From IMG/VR virus record IMGVR_UViG_3300002498_000057: a stretch of DNA of 64,000 nt, one strand, 5' to 3'. The stretch comes from a virus (taxonomy: Duplodnaviria > Heunggongvirae > Uroviricota > Caudoviricetes). The notes beneath the pieces are model-generated. The model worked only from the letters and a program-made list of their open reading frames with translations, was not told the DNA's origin and ran no database searches. This document shows, piece after piece, positions 42,856 through 54,340 of the stretch; positions within the stretch are counted from its first letter, which is position 1; each line of letters starts with the position of its first letter. A program made the translations under genes and the position numbers.

Positions 42856-43881
42856 ATGAAAATATTATACAAGATTAAAGCTGGTTCATATTTATATGGA
42901 CTAACCACACCTACCTCAGATATAGATTATGTTGGGGTATACTTAGAAGATACATTTAGTGAACATATGGATATTTTTAATTCTAAAGATGAAATTGATC
43001 TTTCAGTAATATCTAAATTAAATAATGGTAAAAATAGTGAAGATGCAATAGATGAAAAATACTATAGTCTTAAAAAATTTTTAAAGTTGTGTAGTGATTG
43101 TAACCCAAATATTATAGAGCTCTTATATGCGCCGGCCGATTGTATTGAATATGTAGATACTATATTTAAATCTCAAATTCTTGACCATCCAGAATTATTT
43201 ATAAATATAAAATTAGTTGATAGATTTATTGGATATGCAAAAAGTCAAGAGCAAAAAAGTTATACTAAGTCTGAAAACTATATAATACTAGATAAATTAA
43301 AACAGGGTATATTAAAAGTATTAAAGCATTCTAGTTATTGGGTTTTAAATGAATTGTCCCCCGCTAGAGATTTATTTAGCCGACAATCATTTATGGCACC
43401 GTTTCCAGAATTTGATAACATTACTATTACTCCAATTACAATTAATCATACTGCTACTAATATTGAGACAATATATGAAATAGGTGATATGAAATTTTCA
43501 TCTGGATTACATCTTAAAAATGTTATTTTACAAATTGAAGATAGGTTTAAACGAGCTTCACATAGAGTAGATGGAATATTAATTAATAAATACGAACCAA
43601 AGTTTTTATCACATACAGTACGGTTGTTAGATGAAGGCTGTCAATTATTAACTAAAAAACGTATAGATTTTCCATTTACTGAACAATCACTAGCAGACAT
43701 TATGAATATTAAATTGGGGTTAACGGCAGTTCAAGATATTCCAAATATTGTCAATAAATATAAAGATACTTTAACAGAATTAGAGAAACTTGATAACAAT
43801 ATTCCAGACAAACCAGATTATATTTGTATAAATAAAGCATATTTAACTTTAATAAGAGGTATTTACAATGAAAATATTTAA
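42856..43881 (+). CDS. Pol-beta superfamily nucleotidyltransferase
   Basis: GSYLYGLTTPTSDIDYVGVY matches G[SG]-x9-13-DxD of minimal NTases and CD-NTases; 341 aa. Confidence 0.55.
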   Translation: MKILYKIKAGSYLYGLTTPTSDIDYVGVYLEDTFSEHMDIFNSKDEIDLSVISKLNNGKNSEDAIDEKYYSLKKFLKLCSDCNPNIIELLYAPADCIEYVDTIFKSQILDHPELFINIKLVDRFIGYAKSQEQKSYTKSENYIILDKLKQGILKVLKHSSYWVLNELSPARDLFSRQSFMAPFPEFDNITITPITINHTATNIETIYEIGDMKFSSGLHLKNVILQIEDRFKRASHRVDGILINKYEPKFLSHTVRLLDEGCQLLTKKRIDFPFTEQSLADIMNIKLGLTAVQDIPNIVNKYKDTLTELEKLDNNIPDKPDYICINKAYLTLIRGIYNENI

Positions 43882-44129
43882 GATGGTTGGTAAAATAATA
43901 TTGATTGTATGGCTAATTATAACAGCAATTTGTCTTATACCGGGTGCAATTTGTTTTGGTATTTTGATTTTACTTGAATCTATATTTAAGGTAAATACGA
44001 AAATAATGAAACATCGTAACGTCAGTTAAATAATTGTAATAAACCATAAATAGACAAGTATAATTTAAGTAAAGGAGATATAAAATGAAGTTTATTAAAT
44101 ACAATGAAATTGAAAACTCTACAAACAAA

Positions 44130-45134
44130 ATGATTTATGAATTTAAACAATCAACATTGTATAATCCAACTGATATTTGAGTTGTAACCATCAAAATTCA
44201 TGGAAGCAATTTCCAAATTATAAGAGCCGACGATGGACAATTGGTGCCAGCTAAAAGAACTAATACTCTGGAAATGACATCTTCTTTCTTTAACTTTCAA
44301 TCAATATTTGATAGATATGATTATAACAAATTAATGAATAATATCTTAGAATTTGCAAAAATACACTATCCAGATTTTTTGGGTGGAATAAGTATTCATG
44401 GAGAGCTTTGTGGTGGTCATTATCCTGGAGCAGAAGTAGTACCAAATGCAAAAAAGGTTCAAAAAGAAGTAGCATACTCAAATAATACAGAATTAATAGT
44501 ATTTGATATACGACTAACCTCGACTGATAATGATGATTACTATATATTTATTCCGCATTATCAAATAATTAAGCTTTGCAACGATTGTAATATCCCAGTA
44601 GTTCCTATTATATTTGAAGGTACTTTAGATGAATGTTTAAAGTGGTCTAGCGAACATAATGCTGACCCCTGTGAAATATGGAAAATATTTGGTATGGATC
44701 ATGAAGTAGAAAATAACATTCGTGAGGGTCATGTTATTAAACCGGCTATTAAGACAATATTTAAGGGCCAACATCGTATGATATTTAAAGATAAGAATGA
44801 TAAATTTAAAGAAAATAAAGGTAGCAAAGAAAAAAATGCAGTACCAAAAATTACTTACAGCGATAATATGATTTATATCTTAGACAATATTGATACTATG
44901 ATTTGCATTAATAGGTTTAATTCTGTTACTTCAAAATTTGGTGAATATAGTATTAAAGATTTTAGACTATTAATGTTATTTATGATTGAAGATATTTATG
45001 ATGAACTTAATAGATCTATAGATTTAAAAGAATTATTTGATACTTTAACTAATGTTGAAAAGAAAGAATTGAATGATATTTTGAATAAAAAGATTGCTAG
45101 TTTTATGGGCGCAAATAAAAAAGAATTATTTTAA
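44130..45134 (+). CDS. Rnl2-family RNA ligase (start uncertain; one in-frame TGA=Trp at 44178)
   Basis: DIWVVTIKIHGSNFQ aligns to T4 Rnl2 GEWVAREKIHGTNFS (motif I KxHG, W from TGA); motif IV EGHVIKP; motif V KIFKDKNDKF. Confidence 0.7.
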
Positions 45135-45152
45135 ACAATAGGAGATTAAAAA

Positions 45153-45353
45153 ATGGAAGTATTATTTATTATAATATTCATCATAGTTTTTAATATTATA
45201 ATTGCTTGTGGTGCAATTGGAATATTAGCAGAAAGTTGTCATTTTAATTATAACTTAAAAAAATGGTTTTACATTTTATTAATTACTGGAATATTTGGAG
45301 CGTTATATCTTTGGATTAAAGAAGTGTTTGGATTAATAAATGAATTAGATTAA
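45153..45353 (+). CDS. hypothetical small membrane protein
   Basis: SD GGAGAT; hydrophobic. Confidence 0.35.
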   Translation: MEVLFIIIFIIVFNIIIACGAIGILAESCHFNYNLKKWFYILLITGIFGALYLWIKEVFGLINELD

Positions 45354-45606
45354 AATTACTATACAAGAGTGTTAGTATAATAAGATTGATAATATTTTAT
45401 ATATACCATTAAGTTATTTCTAGCATGCATATGGTAAATCGTTTCCAAAGAAAATAGTTGTAAATAATTTAAAAAATACATGTAGAAATATTTATACCTT
45501 TAAAAGCTTTGGGTATAATAATAAAAAGGAATTAGAATATGTAATTTATTATAATAATATTATGGATAATAAATTGTGTATTTATCAAGATAAGGAAATA
45601 TAAAAG

Positions 45607-45885
45607 ATGGAATTTAGTATTAATCAGTTTGTCGTAAGTGAACAAGATGGTATTTATCAAGATTTATCCAAATTAGATAATAATAAATCTCAAATTGTAT
45701 CATTTTATTTAATAGACTTTGCAACTAAAGATTATAAAATATTATTTATATGCCATAAAATAAATGAAAACAACGGGTGTATTCAAAATATTGAATATTT
45801 TGGCAATAAAGTAATTGATCTTAAGACTAATGAATGTGTAGAACAATTACCAATGACCCTAAAAATAATTATATACAATAAATAA
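45607..45885 (+). CDS. hypothetical protein
   Basis: ORF with SD AAGGAAAT. Confidence 0.4.
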   Translation: MEFSINQFVVSEQDGIYQDLSKLDNNKSQIVSFYLIDFATKDYKILFICHKINENNGCIQNIEYFGNKVIDLKTNECVEQLPMTLKIIIYNK

Positions 45886-45896
45886 GGAGATATACA

Positions 45897-46091
45897 ATGA
45901 GTGATAACCAACAAATATCTGGTAGTGGAATAGGGTGTGCAACACTGCTATTTTTTATATTTTTAGTATTAAAGTTGACTAATGTAATTACTTGGTCTTG
46001 GTGGTGGATATTTGCACCATTATGGGGGACGGCACTACTAGTTATTATTTGTTTAATAGTAATATATCTATTTTTGAAAAAGTATCAATAA
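45897..46091 (+). CDS. hypothetical small membrane protein
   Basis: SD AAGGAGAT; two TM segments. Confidence 0.35.
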   Translation: MSDNQQISGSGIGCATLLFFIFLVLKLTNVITWSWWWIFAPLWGTALLVIICLIVIYLFLKKYQ

Positions 46092-46819
46092 TGTTAGATA
46101 CATCTATTAAAATTGTAGTATTGACTGGCTCTGGAATAAGTGTAGAGTCTGGTTTATCTACATTTAGAGGCCTGGGTGGTATTTGGGATAAATATGATCC
46201 AAATAAAGTTTGTTCTTTATCTGGATTTATCCATGATCCAATAACGGCATGGAAATTTAATTCAGAACTATATCTACAATATGCAATTGCAAAATCAAAC
46301 ATTGGTCATAAATCATTAGTTAAATTACAATATTATTTATATAACGGCAAACTTACTATCATTACTCAGAATATAGATGGATTGCACCAAGCCGCTGGTA
46401 GTGAAAATTGTATTGAAATGCATGGTAATATTCATAGAACCAGATGTAATGGCTGTAACTATATCACAAACACAAATAGTATTGTATGTAAATTTATGAG
46501 TAATAGTACTACACCAATATGTCCAATTTGTGGAGATTTACTAAGGCCTGATGTTGTAATGTTTGAAGAAATTCCAAAATATAAACAAGCTATAGATATG
46601 GATATTTTAAATTGTGATTATTTTATTCAGATTGGAACTAGTGGTAAAGTTAGACCAGCTAGTACTCTTATTTATATAGCAGAAAGTATTGGAGCTAAAT
46701 CAATAATATTAAATAAAGAAAAACCTGATAACATTACAGAAAATAGTCAATTTTATCAATGTAATAGTGGTAATGATATTGATAAATATATCCAATTACT
46801 TATCAATGGAGAGATATAA
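46092..46819 (+). CDS. Sir2-family NAD-dependent deacylase (sirtuin)
   Basis: VVLTGSGISVESGLSTFRG, TQNIDGLHQAAGS, HGNIHRTRCNGCNY...CPICG, LRPDVVMFEE. Confidence 0.75.
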
Positions 46820-47022
46820 ATGAAAAAATATATAACGAAATCAATAGTAATAAAGAAGAAATAGTTAATTGATTTACTTAAATAGAAGTATATTTTACCT
46901 AATAAAATAAATATTGAATATGATATTGATTCAGATGGATCATATGACTAGGGCACATATACTGAATGGGTAAAGTCTATTACTATTTCTTGGAATGAAA
47001 CTTTAATTTAAAAACATGGAGT

Positions 47023-47232
47023 ATGTTAATGTATTACTGTAAATATTATGAGGGTCTATGCTGGCATATTGATAATCCAACTTGTATGTGTATGCAGTGG
47101 TATCGCGGGTATAGTGAAATATATGATTATAGTACATGTAAGAATTTATATAAAATACCAACTAGTCAAATAGAAGATGTTAAATATTTATTAAATAACT
47201 CTTATGTTACATTTACTAAAGTGTTATTATAG
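47023..47232 (+). CDS. hypothetical small Cys-rich protein
   Basis: ORF. Confidence 0.3.
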   Translation: MLMYYCKYYEGLCWHIDNPTCMCMQWYRGYSEIYDYSTCKNLYKIPTSQIEDVKYLLNNSYVTFTKVLL

Positions 47233-47377
47233 TATTTACTTAAACATCCAACTAAGAACTTATCACAAAAACAAAAAGATAAATTAATTTAGTCAATACA
47301 AACTGCTAAATTAGAGGCAGAGTTTAAAAGAAAATGTTTTGGTGATCAAGGCAATCCAGAATATTTTGGACACAATT

Positions 47378-47414
47378 AAATAATTGTGATAATTTTAGAG
47401 CTACAGTATATAAT
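47378..47414 (+). promoter_or_regulatory. conserved promoter motif copy 11
   Basis: TTGTGA 47384-47389, 19-nt spacer, TATAAT 47409-47414. Confidence 0.6.
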
Positions 47415-47446
47415 AATCTTAATTAAACTTTTAAAGAGGTGGTTAT

Positions 47447-47680
47447 ATGAATAAGCAATATAGATGCTATGAATGTGAAACTATTTTTGAAAATCCAGAT
47501 TGTAATTATTATGAAGGTGAACGATCTGAAGGGGTTGCAGAACCAGATGACTATGAAGACATTTGTCCAAATTGTGGAAGTACAGACTTTGAAGAAATAA
47601 ATACTTGTCTATACTGTGGAGTTGAAATTCCTATTGATGAAGAATATTGCATAAATTGTCAAGAAGATGATGATGTATAA
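47447..47680 (+). CDS. hypothetical acidic zinc-ribbon protein
   Basis: CYECE...CPNCG...CLYCG...CINC; SD AGAGGTGG. Confidence 0.45.
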   Translation: MNKQYRCYECETIFENPDCNYYEGERSEGVAEPDDYEDICPNCGSTDFEEINTCLYCGVEIPIDEEYCINCQEDDDV

Positions 47681-47987
47681 TGTGAAGCAATTATCTATAG
47701 ATTTACTGGACAAGCCAATATTATTAAATGATGTTGTAGCAGTTATTAAAGATAATAGTTTAAATTTATATAAAATTATTGGTGAAACTGGAAAAAATAA
47801 GTCGATGCTTCAATGTTATCCTATTATTAAAATAGATAACGATTATTATACAAAAATTAGAATGAAAAGTATTAAAAAGGATGATGATATTATAAAAATT
47901 ATAATAAATAATGTAGATCCTCCAATTAAATTTGATCAGTTTAATGACTGCTGCATAGACTCAGAAAATATGCCAAGAGCAAAATAA
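47667..47987 (+). CDS. hypothetical protein
   Basis: ORF overlapping the previous stop. Confidence 0.4.
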   Translation: MMMYNVKQLSIDLLDKPILLNDVVAVIKDNSLNLYKIIGETGKNKSMLQCYPIIKIDNDYYTKIRMKSIKKDDDIIKIIINNVDPPIKFDQFNDCCIDSENMPRAK

Positions 47988-48004
47988 ATAAAAGGAAAAA
48001 CAAA

Positions 48005-48796
48005 ATGTTAAAAAAACTAATAGCTATATCTATTGGAGTACTAGTATTATTACTGTTTTTAAGTGGTAGCTGTTCTATAGTTAAACCTGGTTATCGTGGA
48101 GTTAGAATTACAATGGGTGCTGTATCACCACAGGCTTTAGATGAAGGTATACACTTGAAATTTCCACTAACTCAAAGAATTGTAAGTGTAGAAGTTAGAG
48201 TTAGTCAAGCAGAATTTAAGGGACTGGCTGCTGCAAGTGCATCAATGCAAGATGTATTTAGTGATGTAAACGTAAGCTTTCATATAATGCCAGAGAAGGT
48301 ACCAAACTATTATAAGAGATATGGAAAAGATCCTACTACAGTAATCAATTTAATGTTATCAGCTAAATTGCAAGAAATTGTAAAGTCAACTACTAATATG
48401 TATTCAACTGAAGAGTTATTGAGACAGCGATTAGCTATACGCGATACTATTTATAATAGACTAAATAAAGTTGCAATTAAACAAGATATTATTATTGATG
48501 AGTTTAGTATGACGAACTTCAGATTTTCAACGTCGTATCAACTGGCTATTGAAGAAAAGCAAGTTATGGAACAAAGAGCTGAGACCGCAAGACGTGCTAA
48601 AGAAGTTGCGACTCAAGAAGGTGAAGCTAAAATTATTAGTGCAAGAGCTGAAGCAGAATCTAATAAATTAAGACAAGTATCTATAACTCCACAATTAATT
48701 AGATATGAAGAAATCATGGTACTTAAATCTAAATGGGACGGTAAATTACCACAAGTTACAGGTGGAGCTATACCATTACTAAATTTAGGACAATAA
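48005..48796 (+). CDS. SPFH/band-7 (prohibitin/HflC-like) protein with N-terminal signal/lipobox-like LSGSC
   Basis: VKPGYRGVRITMGAV...GIHLKFPLTQRIVSVEVR; C-terminal coiled-coil region typical of SPFH. Confidence 0.7.
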   Translation: MLKKLIAISIGVLVLLLFLSGSCSIVKPGYRGVRITMGAVSPQALDEGIHLKFPLTQRIVSVEVRVSQAEFKGLAAASASMQDVFSDVNVSFHIMPEKVPNYYKRYGKDPTTVINLMLSAKLQEIVKSTTNMYSTEELLRQRLAIRDTIYNRLNKVAIKQDIIIDEFSMTNFRFSTSYQLAIEEKQVMEQRAETARRAKEVATQEGEAKIISARAEAESNKLRQVSITPQLIRYEEIMVLKSKWDGKLPQVTGGAIPLLNLGQ

Positions 48797-48891
48797 AAAA
48801 TATAACTATTTTAAATATGGTATAGTATGAAAATATTATACCATGTTTTTTCTGTTTAACAATATTGTTTATTAGTAGTTATAATAATTTG

Positions 48892-48930
48892 AAAACTAAT
48901 TGTGATAATTTAAACTTATGTAATTATAAT
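48892..48930 (+). promoter_or_regulatory. conserved promoter motif copy 12
   Basis: TTGTGA 48900-48905, 19-nt spacer, TATAAT 48925-48930. Confidence 0.6.
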
Positions 48931-49305
48931 TACAATATATTAAGAAATACGAGGTTACACTATGATAAATAGCTTTATGGATGCATATAAATACGAGAAA
49001 GATGGATGGGAATTGTATTACGATGGTATGCATAATGATATTGTTGTAAGAGTAATTAATGATGATTATAGATTATCACATGATCAACTTAAACAACTTG
49101 AAGATTTCGTAAAAAAGATATAAGGAAAACTAAAAATGGTTATCACAACATTAATTACAATACTATCACTAGTCTATGCCATTCACTATACACGAAAGTC
49201 TTATATTGCGATTAAGATGAAGGACTATGGTTTATATATTAGTTGTACGTTTATGAGTATTGTTATGATTATGTGTTTTATTAAAGGAACTATGGCTGTT
49301 ATATA

Positions 49306-49512
49306 ATGATTGTTTATAGATTATTTAAAGTATTCTCGCCAGTTGTGACAACAACGAAAAGAGAGAAAATTGTATTTATTCATGAGTATAAAGATGAAGA
49401 CAGTGCAAATGATGGCTTAAAGAGACAAACTGATAAGCTTGGAAAGAATAACTTTGTGTGGTATGAAGTGCATAAGCTTGATACAGAAACAAAGAAGTAT
49501 GTTGAGGATTAA
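49306..49512 (+). CDS. hypothetical small protein
   Basis: ORF. Confidence 0.35.
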   Translation: MIVYRLFKVFSPVVTTTKREKIVFIHEYKDEDSANDGLKRQTDKLGKNNFVWYEVHKLDTETKKYVED

Positions 49513-49794
49513 ATATCATGAAGGTGAAGGAATTGATTGACCAATTGTCACGAATGGATCCAAATAAAGAGTTTGATATATGTGTGGTTAGTGCGGGATG
49601 GGATTGCGGGTAATATTGTAAATTGAAGCATCAGATTAATAAGATAAGGAAACGAGATTTTATAGATTTGAAAGTACTTGAGATAGTGATACTAGATAAA
49701 GATAGAGAAACCTATTGAGCAACATAAAAATATAATTTGCTTTATTGGGAAAGTGGATTATTATATAGTGTAGAGCAAACAAAAGACATAGAGG

Positions 49795-51018
49795 ATGAGT
49801 AAAATGATAGAAATTACCGGTAAACATGGCTCTGCCAAAATCTTTACCAACAACATTGAGGAACAAGCCATTTCTCAGCTTTACAAAATTTTAAATAGCG
49901 AAGTTGCTATTGGTGCTAATTTGAGAATCATGCCAGATTGTCACGCTGGTGCAGGTTGTGTTATTGGTACCACTATGAAAATAACTGACAAAGTTATACC
50001 CAATTTTGTAGGAGTAGATATTTCATGTGGTGTTTTAGTTCAACAAATCAAAGATACTCATATTGAATTGGAAAAATTAGATAAAGTTATTCATCGAAAC
50101 GTTCCAAGTGGATTTGCTATCAATAACAAACCTCATCGTTGGGCTAATGATTGCCGAATTGGTGAATTAAAATGTAAAGACTTTGTAAATCTTAAACGTG
50201 CATATCTTTCTATCTCATCTCTTGGTGGAGGTAATCATTTTATATCCATAGAAAAAGATGATAACAATTGTCATTATTTAATAATTCATACTGGCTCAAG
50301 AAACATGGGCAAGCAAATAGCTGAATGCTATCAACAGGCTGCATATGATTTAATGACTAGCAAGAGAGAAATCTCTGATGAATTAATTAAGAAGCTTAAA
50401 AAAGAAGGTCGTGAAAAAGATATTAAAACTGAGTTGTCTAAAATTCAAATCATTCAAGTTGAGAAGTCTATGGCATATTGCTCTGGACAGTTAATGGATG
50501 ATTATTTGCATGATATGGCTATTGCCCAAGAATATGCTTCTCTTAATCGCAAGGCTATTGCAGATACTATTCAATGTGGTATGAGATGGAAGGTTGAAGA
50601 TGAATTTGAAACACTTCATAATTATATTGAAATGGATACTATGATATTACGTAAGGGAGCCGTATCTGCTAAGAAGGGTGAGAGATTAATAATACCTATT
50701 AATATGCAAGCGGGTAGTATTATTGCCACTGGGAAGGGCAATGAAGACTATAATTATTCTGCACCACATGGCGCCGGTAGACTTATGTCTCGTAAAGGAG
50801 CTAAGGAATCGTTATCAATGGACGACTTCAGAGAATCAATGAAAGGTATCTATACTACTTGTGTAATGAAAGATACTTTAGATGAATCCCCTATGGCGTA
50901 TAAGCCTATGCAAGAGATTATAGATAACATAGGTGATACTGTAGATATTGTTAAGATCGTTAAACCAGTATATAATTTTAAGGCTTCGGAAGAAGATGAT
51001 AGAAAGAAGAGGAAGTAA
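49795..51018 (+). CDS. rtcB: RtcB-family RNA 3'-phosphate/2',3'-cyclic-phosphate ligase
   Basis: MPDCHAGAGCVIGT, GVDISCGV, GGGNHF, APHGAGR; 407 aa; SD GAGGAT. Confidence 0.85.
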   Translation: MSKMIEITGKHGSAKIFTNNIEEQAISQLYKILNSEVAIGANLRIMPDCHAGAGCVIGTTMKITDKVIPNFVGVDISCGVLVQQIKDTHIELEKLDKVIHRNVPSGFAINNKPHRWANDCRIGELKCKDFVNLKRAYLSISSLGGGNHFISIEKDDNNCHYLIIHTGSRNMGKQIAECYQQAAYDLMTSKREISDELIKKLKKEGREKDIKTELSKIQIIQVEKSMAYCSGQLMDDYLHDMAIAQEYASLNRKAIADTIQCGMRWKVEDEFETLHNYIEMDTMILRKGAVSAKKGERLIIPINMQAGSIIATGKGNEDYNYSAPHGAGRLMSRKGAKESLSMDDFRESMKGIYTTCVMKDTLDESPMAYKPMQEIIDNIGDTVDIVKIVKPVYNFKASEEDDRKKRK

Positions 51019-51020
51019 AC

Positions 51021-51548
51021 ATGGAAAGAAGATTAAAGATTATTTCTAGGGAATTAAATGAAGTGGATGGATATAAAACTATACAAAGTAAATATAAAAA
51101 TATTTCAAATAAAACTATAAAGCGCATTATATGTAGTTATGAAATCTATAATGTTATAGAAGAAAAAATAAAAGATATTAAATTAGAATCAATTGGCTTC
51201 ATTGCACCCAATTGTTCTGTAGAAGTGTGTAACTTTGTAGATTATTATGGTGGTGTAGTGAAACTTTCAACTGTTGAAATTCAATATATAGATGAAGATA
51301 TTTTTACCTTAAATAATTATGAATATATTTTTACAAATTCTATATATGTTCAGAGTGCTAATGGAATATCAGTTAGAATAGCTGAGCCATTCGGCCCAAC
51401 CATATATCAGCAAATGATAACTAAATTTAATAATGATATAGAAGAATGTGGTAAAGATTTTAAAACAAAATTTAGAGATATACAATGGCAAGCAATTTTT
51501 TGGTATTTTATTTGGGGTATTTTTATAATTGTGGTCTTTGCAAATTAA
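51021..51548 (+). CDS. hypothetical protein with C-terminal TM helix
   Basis: ORF immediately after rtcB. Confidence 0.45.
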   Translation: MERRLKIISRELNEVDGYKTIQSKYKNISNKTIKRIICSYEIYNVIEEKIKDIKLESIGFIAPNCSVEVCNFVDYYGGVVKLSTVEIQYIDEDIFTLNNYEYIFTNSIYVQSANGISVRIAEPFGPTIYQQMITKFNNDIEECGKDFKTKFRDIQWQAIFWYFIWGIFIIVVFAN

Positions 51549-51640
51549 CTAACAATGATAAAGAGTTCTTTTAGCAACAGTTATATTTTAATTGTTATTT
51601 AATGGTTATAACATAAAGGAAGGTTACAAGGAAGTAAATA

Positions 51641-51826
51641 ATGAAACTAATAGACTACGATAAATTTATACTTGATGATGGCAAAATAAGGAATTGCCAA
51701 AACAATATTAATAAAATGACGTATATAGAGTTTTTAATATTTAATCTACCAAAAATAAATAAACAATGGTTTATTGACTATTTTTATGAACCAGTAAAAG
51801 AATCTATGAGGATTGGTGTAATATGA
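51641..51826 (+). CDS. hypothetical small protein (module copy 1, gene a)
   Basis: Paralog of 52737 (MKLIDYDKFILDDGKIRNCQNNINKMTY). Confidence 0.4.
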   Translation: MKLIDYDKFILDDGKIRNCQNNINKMTYIEFLIFNLPKINKQWFIDYFYEPVKESMRIGVI

Positions 51827-52155
51827 AAGATTTTCTTACTATTAAATCAGAATACTTGTACCCTAGTACTAGTAAGAGATTTGGGGTTATGATATTTAAT
51901 CATATTCCTGGTGATGATTGGACGTACAAATTTACTTCTTTAGAAGCCGTGTGTTTAATTGACACCTTTAAAGAATTAAGAGAACCTGAAACTATTGTGA
52001 TAAATGGGCAAACATATGGCCCTAGTAAATATCGTATTCTTAGAGGTGAAGGGGTATATGATGGACCTACACGTAGATATTGGGTAGAAAGACTTAATGA
52101 TCTTGCATATGAAATGAATGCACAATTTAATTTTCAATACTACCTTAATAACTAA
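51823..52155 (+). CDS. hypothetical protein
   Basis: ORF. Confidence 0.4.
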   Translation: MKDFLTIKSEYLYPSTSKRFGVMIFNHIPGDDWTYKFTSLEAVCLIDTFKELREPETIVINGQTYGPSKYRILRGEGVYDGPTRRYWVERLNDLAYEMNAQFNFQYYLNN

Positions 52156-52185
52156 CAATAAAAGAAAATAAATCTGGAGAATAAA

Positions 52186-52368
52186 ATGATACTATTAGTT
52201 ATATTAAGCATACTAGCTTTTGGATACGGACTTTGGTACTCCAATAAAGTCTATAAAGGTATCCAATTAAAGGATTGGGCATATATTATTTCACCCATGT
52301 TCATGTCTATTCTCATGTTTAGTGCTGCTGGTAGATTTTTATTAACAGTTATTGAGATGATTAAATGA
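52186..52368 (+). CDS. hypothetical small membrane protein (module copy 1, gene b)
   Basis: MILLVILSILAFGYGLWYSNK; paralog start at 53021. Confidence 0.35.
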   Translation: MILLVILSILAFGYGLWYSNKVYKGIQLKDWAYIISPMFMSILMFSAAGRFLLTVIEMIK

Positions 52369-52703
52369 TAAACTACAAAGTTAATCTAGCAATAGTTTAC
52401 AGTCATTGTGGTTCAGCTATTGTCCTAACAAGATTAATAGACCTACCATTTGTTCCTTACTTTGGGCTTACAATAATTTCGTATAAAGATGGCGATTTAG
52501 AGTTTACTATGGATGAAAATAATACTAGTATTTCATATAATCTTGAAGAAGGATTCTATGTAGAAAAGCACGAAAATCTATCGAGATATGAATGGAAAAC
52601 TCTATCTGAAGAAATACATTGTCATTTATCTGCTGGATGGATAATGGATAGTGCATATAGCCGAATTAAGGAAGTTATTAGATACATGAAAAATCAAGAT
52701 TAA
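52365..52703 (+). CDS. hypothetical protein
   Basis: ORF. Confidence 0.4.
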   Translation: MINYKVNLAIVYSHCGSAIVLTRLIDLPFVPYFGLTIISYKDGDLEFTMDENNTSISYNLEEGFYVEKHENLSRYEWKTLSEEIHCHLSAGWIMDSAYSRIKEVIRYMKNQD

Positions 52704-52736
52704 ATAAACAATCAACAAGAAGATGGGATTTATAAA

Positions 52737-53012
52737 ATGAAAAAACTAATAGACTACGATAAATTTATACTAGATGATGGTAAAATAAGAAATTGTCAAA
52801 ACAATATTAATAAAATGACATATGTAGAATTTTTAGTATTTAATCTGCCCAAAATAGATAAACAATGGTTTGTTGAATATTTTTATGAACCAGTAAAAGA
52901 ATCTATAAGATATACTTGTTTATTTTGGAGTGGAGTAATATTATTTCTATTATTTCCCATTTCCTATCCCATAATTACACTTTTATATTACTTAAGAAGA
53001 AAGAGGAAGTAA
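52737..53012 (+). CDS. hypothetical small protein (module copy 2, gene a, with C-terminal TM extension)
   Basis: About 85% identical over the first 55 aa to 51641. Confidence 0.4.
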   Translation: MKKLIDYDKFILDDGKIRNCQNNINKMTYVEFLVFNLPKIDKQWFVEYFYEPVKESIRYTCLFWSGVILFLLFPISYPIITLLYYLRRKRK

Positions 53013-53252
53013 ATTATATGATATTATTATTTATACTAGGAATACTTGCTTTCGGATATGGAATTTGGTATTCTAATAAAACTTATAATGGAATACTTTC
53101 AATTACCATCAATAGATTATTATACTGCAGAAAAAAATATCTGGTATTGCCCATATACTGTTATAGGTTGGTTCGATTTTCGTACTTTATCAACTGAGGG
53201 TATAAAATTCGATAAAGATGGTTATGTTTTTGAAAATAAGAAGGAACATTAA

Positions 53253-53456
53253 ATGAATACAGAAATATATAATCTCGGTATAAAAGCTACTGGTTTTAGA
53301 AAGGTAAGATTAAGAAATCTTTTGTCTATGCTCTTATGGCAAGAGCCAACTAATATTAGTTATACTGAATCTAAAAACAATTTTTATAGTAGTTTTTTTG
53401 CAATAAAATGTAATAAAACAATATATGATATTATTAAAGAAGAAGAAGGAATCTAA
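53253..53456 (+). CDS. hypothetical small protein
   Basis: ORF. Confidence 0.3.
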   Translation: MNTEIYNLGIKATGFRKVRLRNLLSMLLWQEPTNISYTESKNNFYSSFFAIKCNKTIYDIIKEEEGI

Positions 53457-53773
53457 TGAAAACAGAAACATTATATGTATGTGAACATTGTGGTCGTGCA
53501 AAAAATTCAGATATGAATTTAATGAAGATACATGAATTATATTGTCCACATAACTTAAGAGCATTGCCTCCAGAAACTGAATTAGAGGATTTTAACACCA
53601 CCAATGACGACGATTATATAAAATATCGAGAAACTGTTTCGATAGATGAATGGATTGAAGGAGGTTATTGTATTGACCCATATGATAATGAACTAGAAAT
53701 ATATTTATTAAATGGTAAACAAATAATAAATTGCTGTTTAACCGTAGAGATAAAATATATCCATTCAGTATAA
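53456..53773 (+). CDS. hypothetical zinc-ribbon protein
   Basis: CEHCGR...HELYCPHN. Confidence 0.4.
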   Translation: MKTETLYVCEHCGRAKNSDMNLMKIHELYCPHNLRALPPETELEDFNTTNDDDYIKYRETVSIDEWIEGGYCIDPYDNELEIYLLNGKQIINCCLTVEIKYIHSV

Positions 53774-53917
53774 GTGATATTGCATATTCAGTATCACAAT
53801 TGAAATCATTTGGCGAAGTAACAGTTGCAGTATATACAGATTTAAGTGATTAATAATTGTAATAATTTGTGTATAATAGAATACAACATAAAATACGTCT
53901 AATAGAGGATATGTAAA

Positions 53918-54331
53918 ATGGAATATGATTTAGGATCACTTATAGTACTCATTGCTATTGTTGTTACAATATGTATAGCCGGGTGTTATAGTTTAATGAC
54001 TATAAACAAGGGTAATGTTGATATTGAGCAGTATGAACTTGCAACATTTGTAAATGACACAAAAACTGAATCACACTATTATCTTTTTTATTGTTCTGTG
54101 CAAGAGAAAGGTTTTTATAAGTGCATGATTAAGCATGATGGTGGATATAAAATGGTAGAATTGGATCCAACCTACACAATTATATATGAAATAATAGATG
54201 GAACTGAGCCAAGAATAGTTGGGAAATATATTGAAAACGAATCTCGTTTTTCAACTAGACTTGCCAATACACGAGTGTATATTCCAACCAATGCAATATT
54301 AAACAAGTTTGAAATAGATGTTTCTAAATAA
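53918..54331 (+). CDS. hypothetical membrane-anchored protein (paralog of 54933)
   Basis: N-terminal TM; shared C-terminal YIPTNAILNKFEIDVSK. Confidence 0.45.
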   Translation: MEYDLGSLIVLIAIVVTICIAGCYSLMTINKGNVDIEQYELATFVNDTKTESHYYLFYCSVQEKGFYKCMIKHDGGYKMVELDPTYTIIYEIIDGTEPRIVGKYIENESRFSTRLANTRVYIPTNAILNKFEIDVSK

Positions 54332-54340
54332 GGAGTCAAA

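Noticed and set aside
44084-44130. ATG at 44084 after a strong AAGGAGAT site as the start of the Rnl2-like gene
   Set aside because: That ATG is out of frame (MKFIK-TAA). The ligase frame has its first ATG at 44130, so the true start or a possible frameshift remains unresolved.
53850-53890. A 17th promoter-motif copy upstream of 53918 (TAATAATTGTAATAATTTGTGTATAATAG)
   Set aside because: The -35-like element is TTGTAA and the spacing to TATAAT is 9 nt, not 19. It is probably a degenerate or different promoter.
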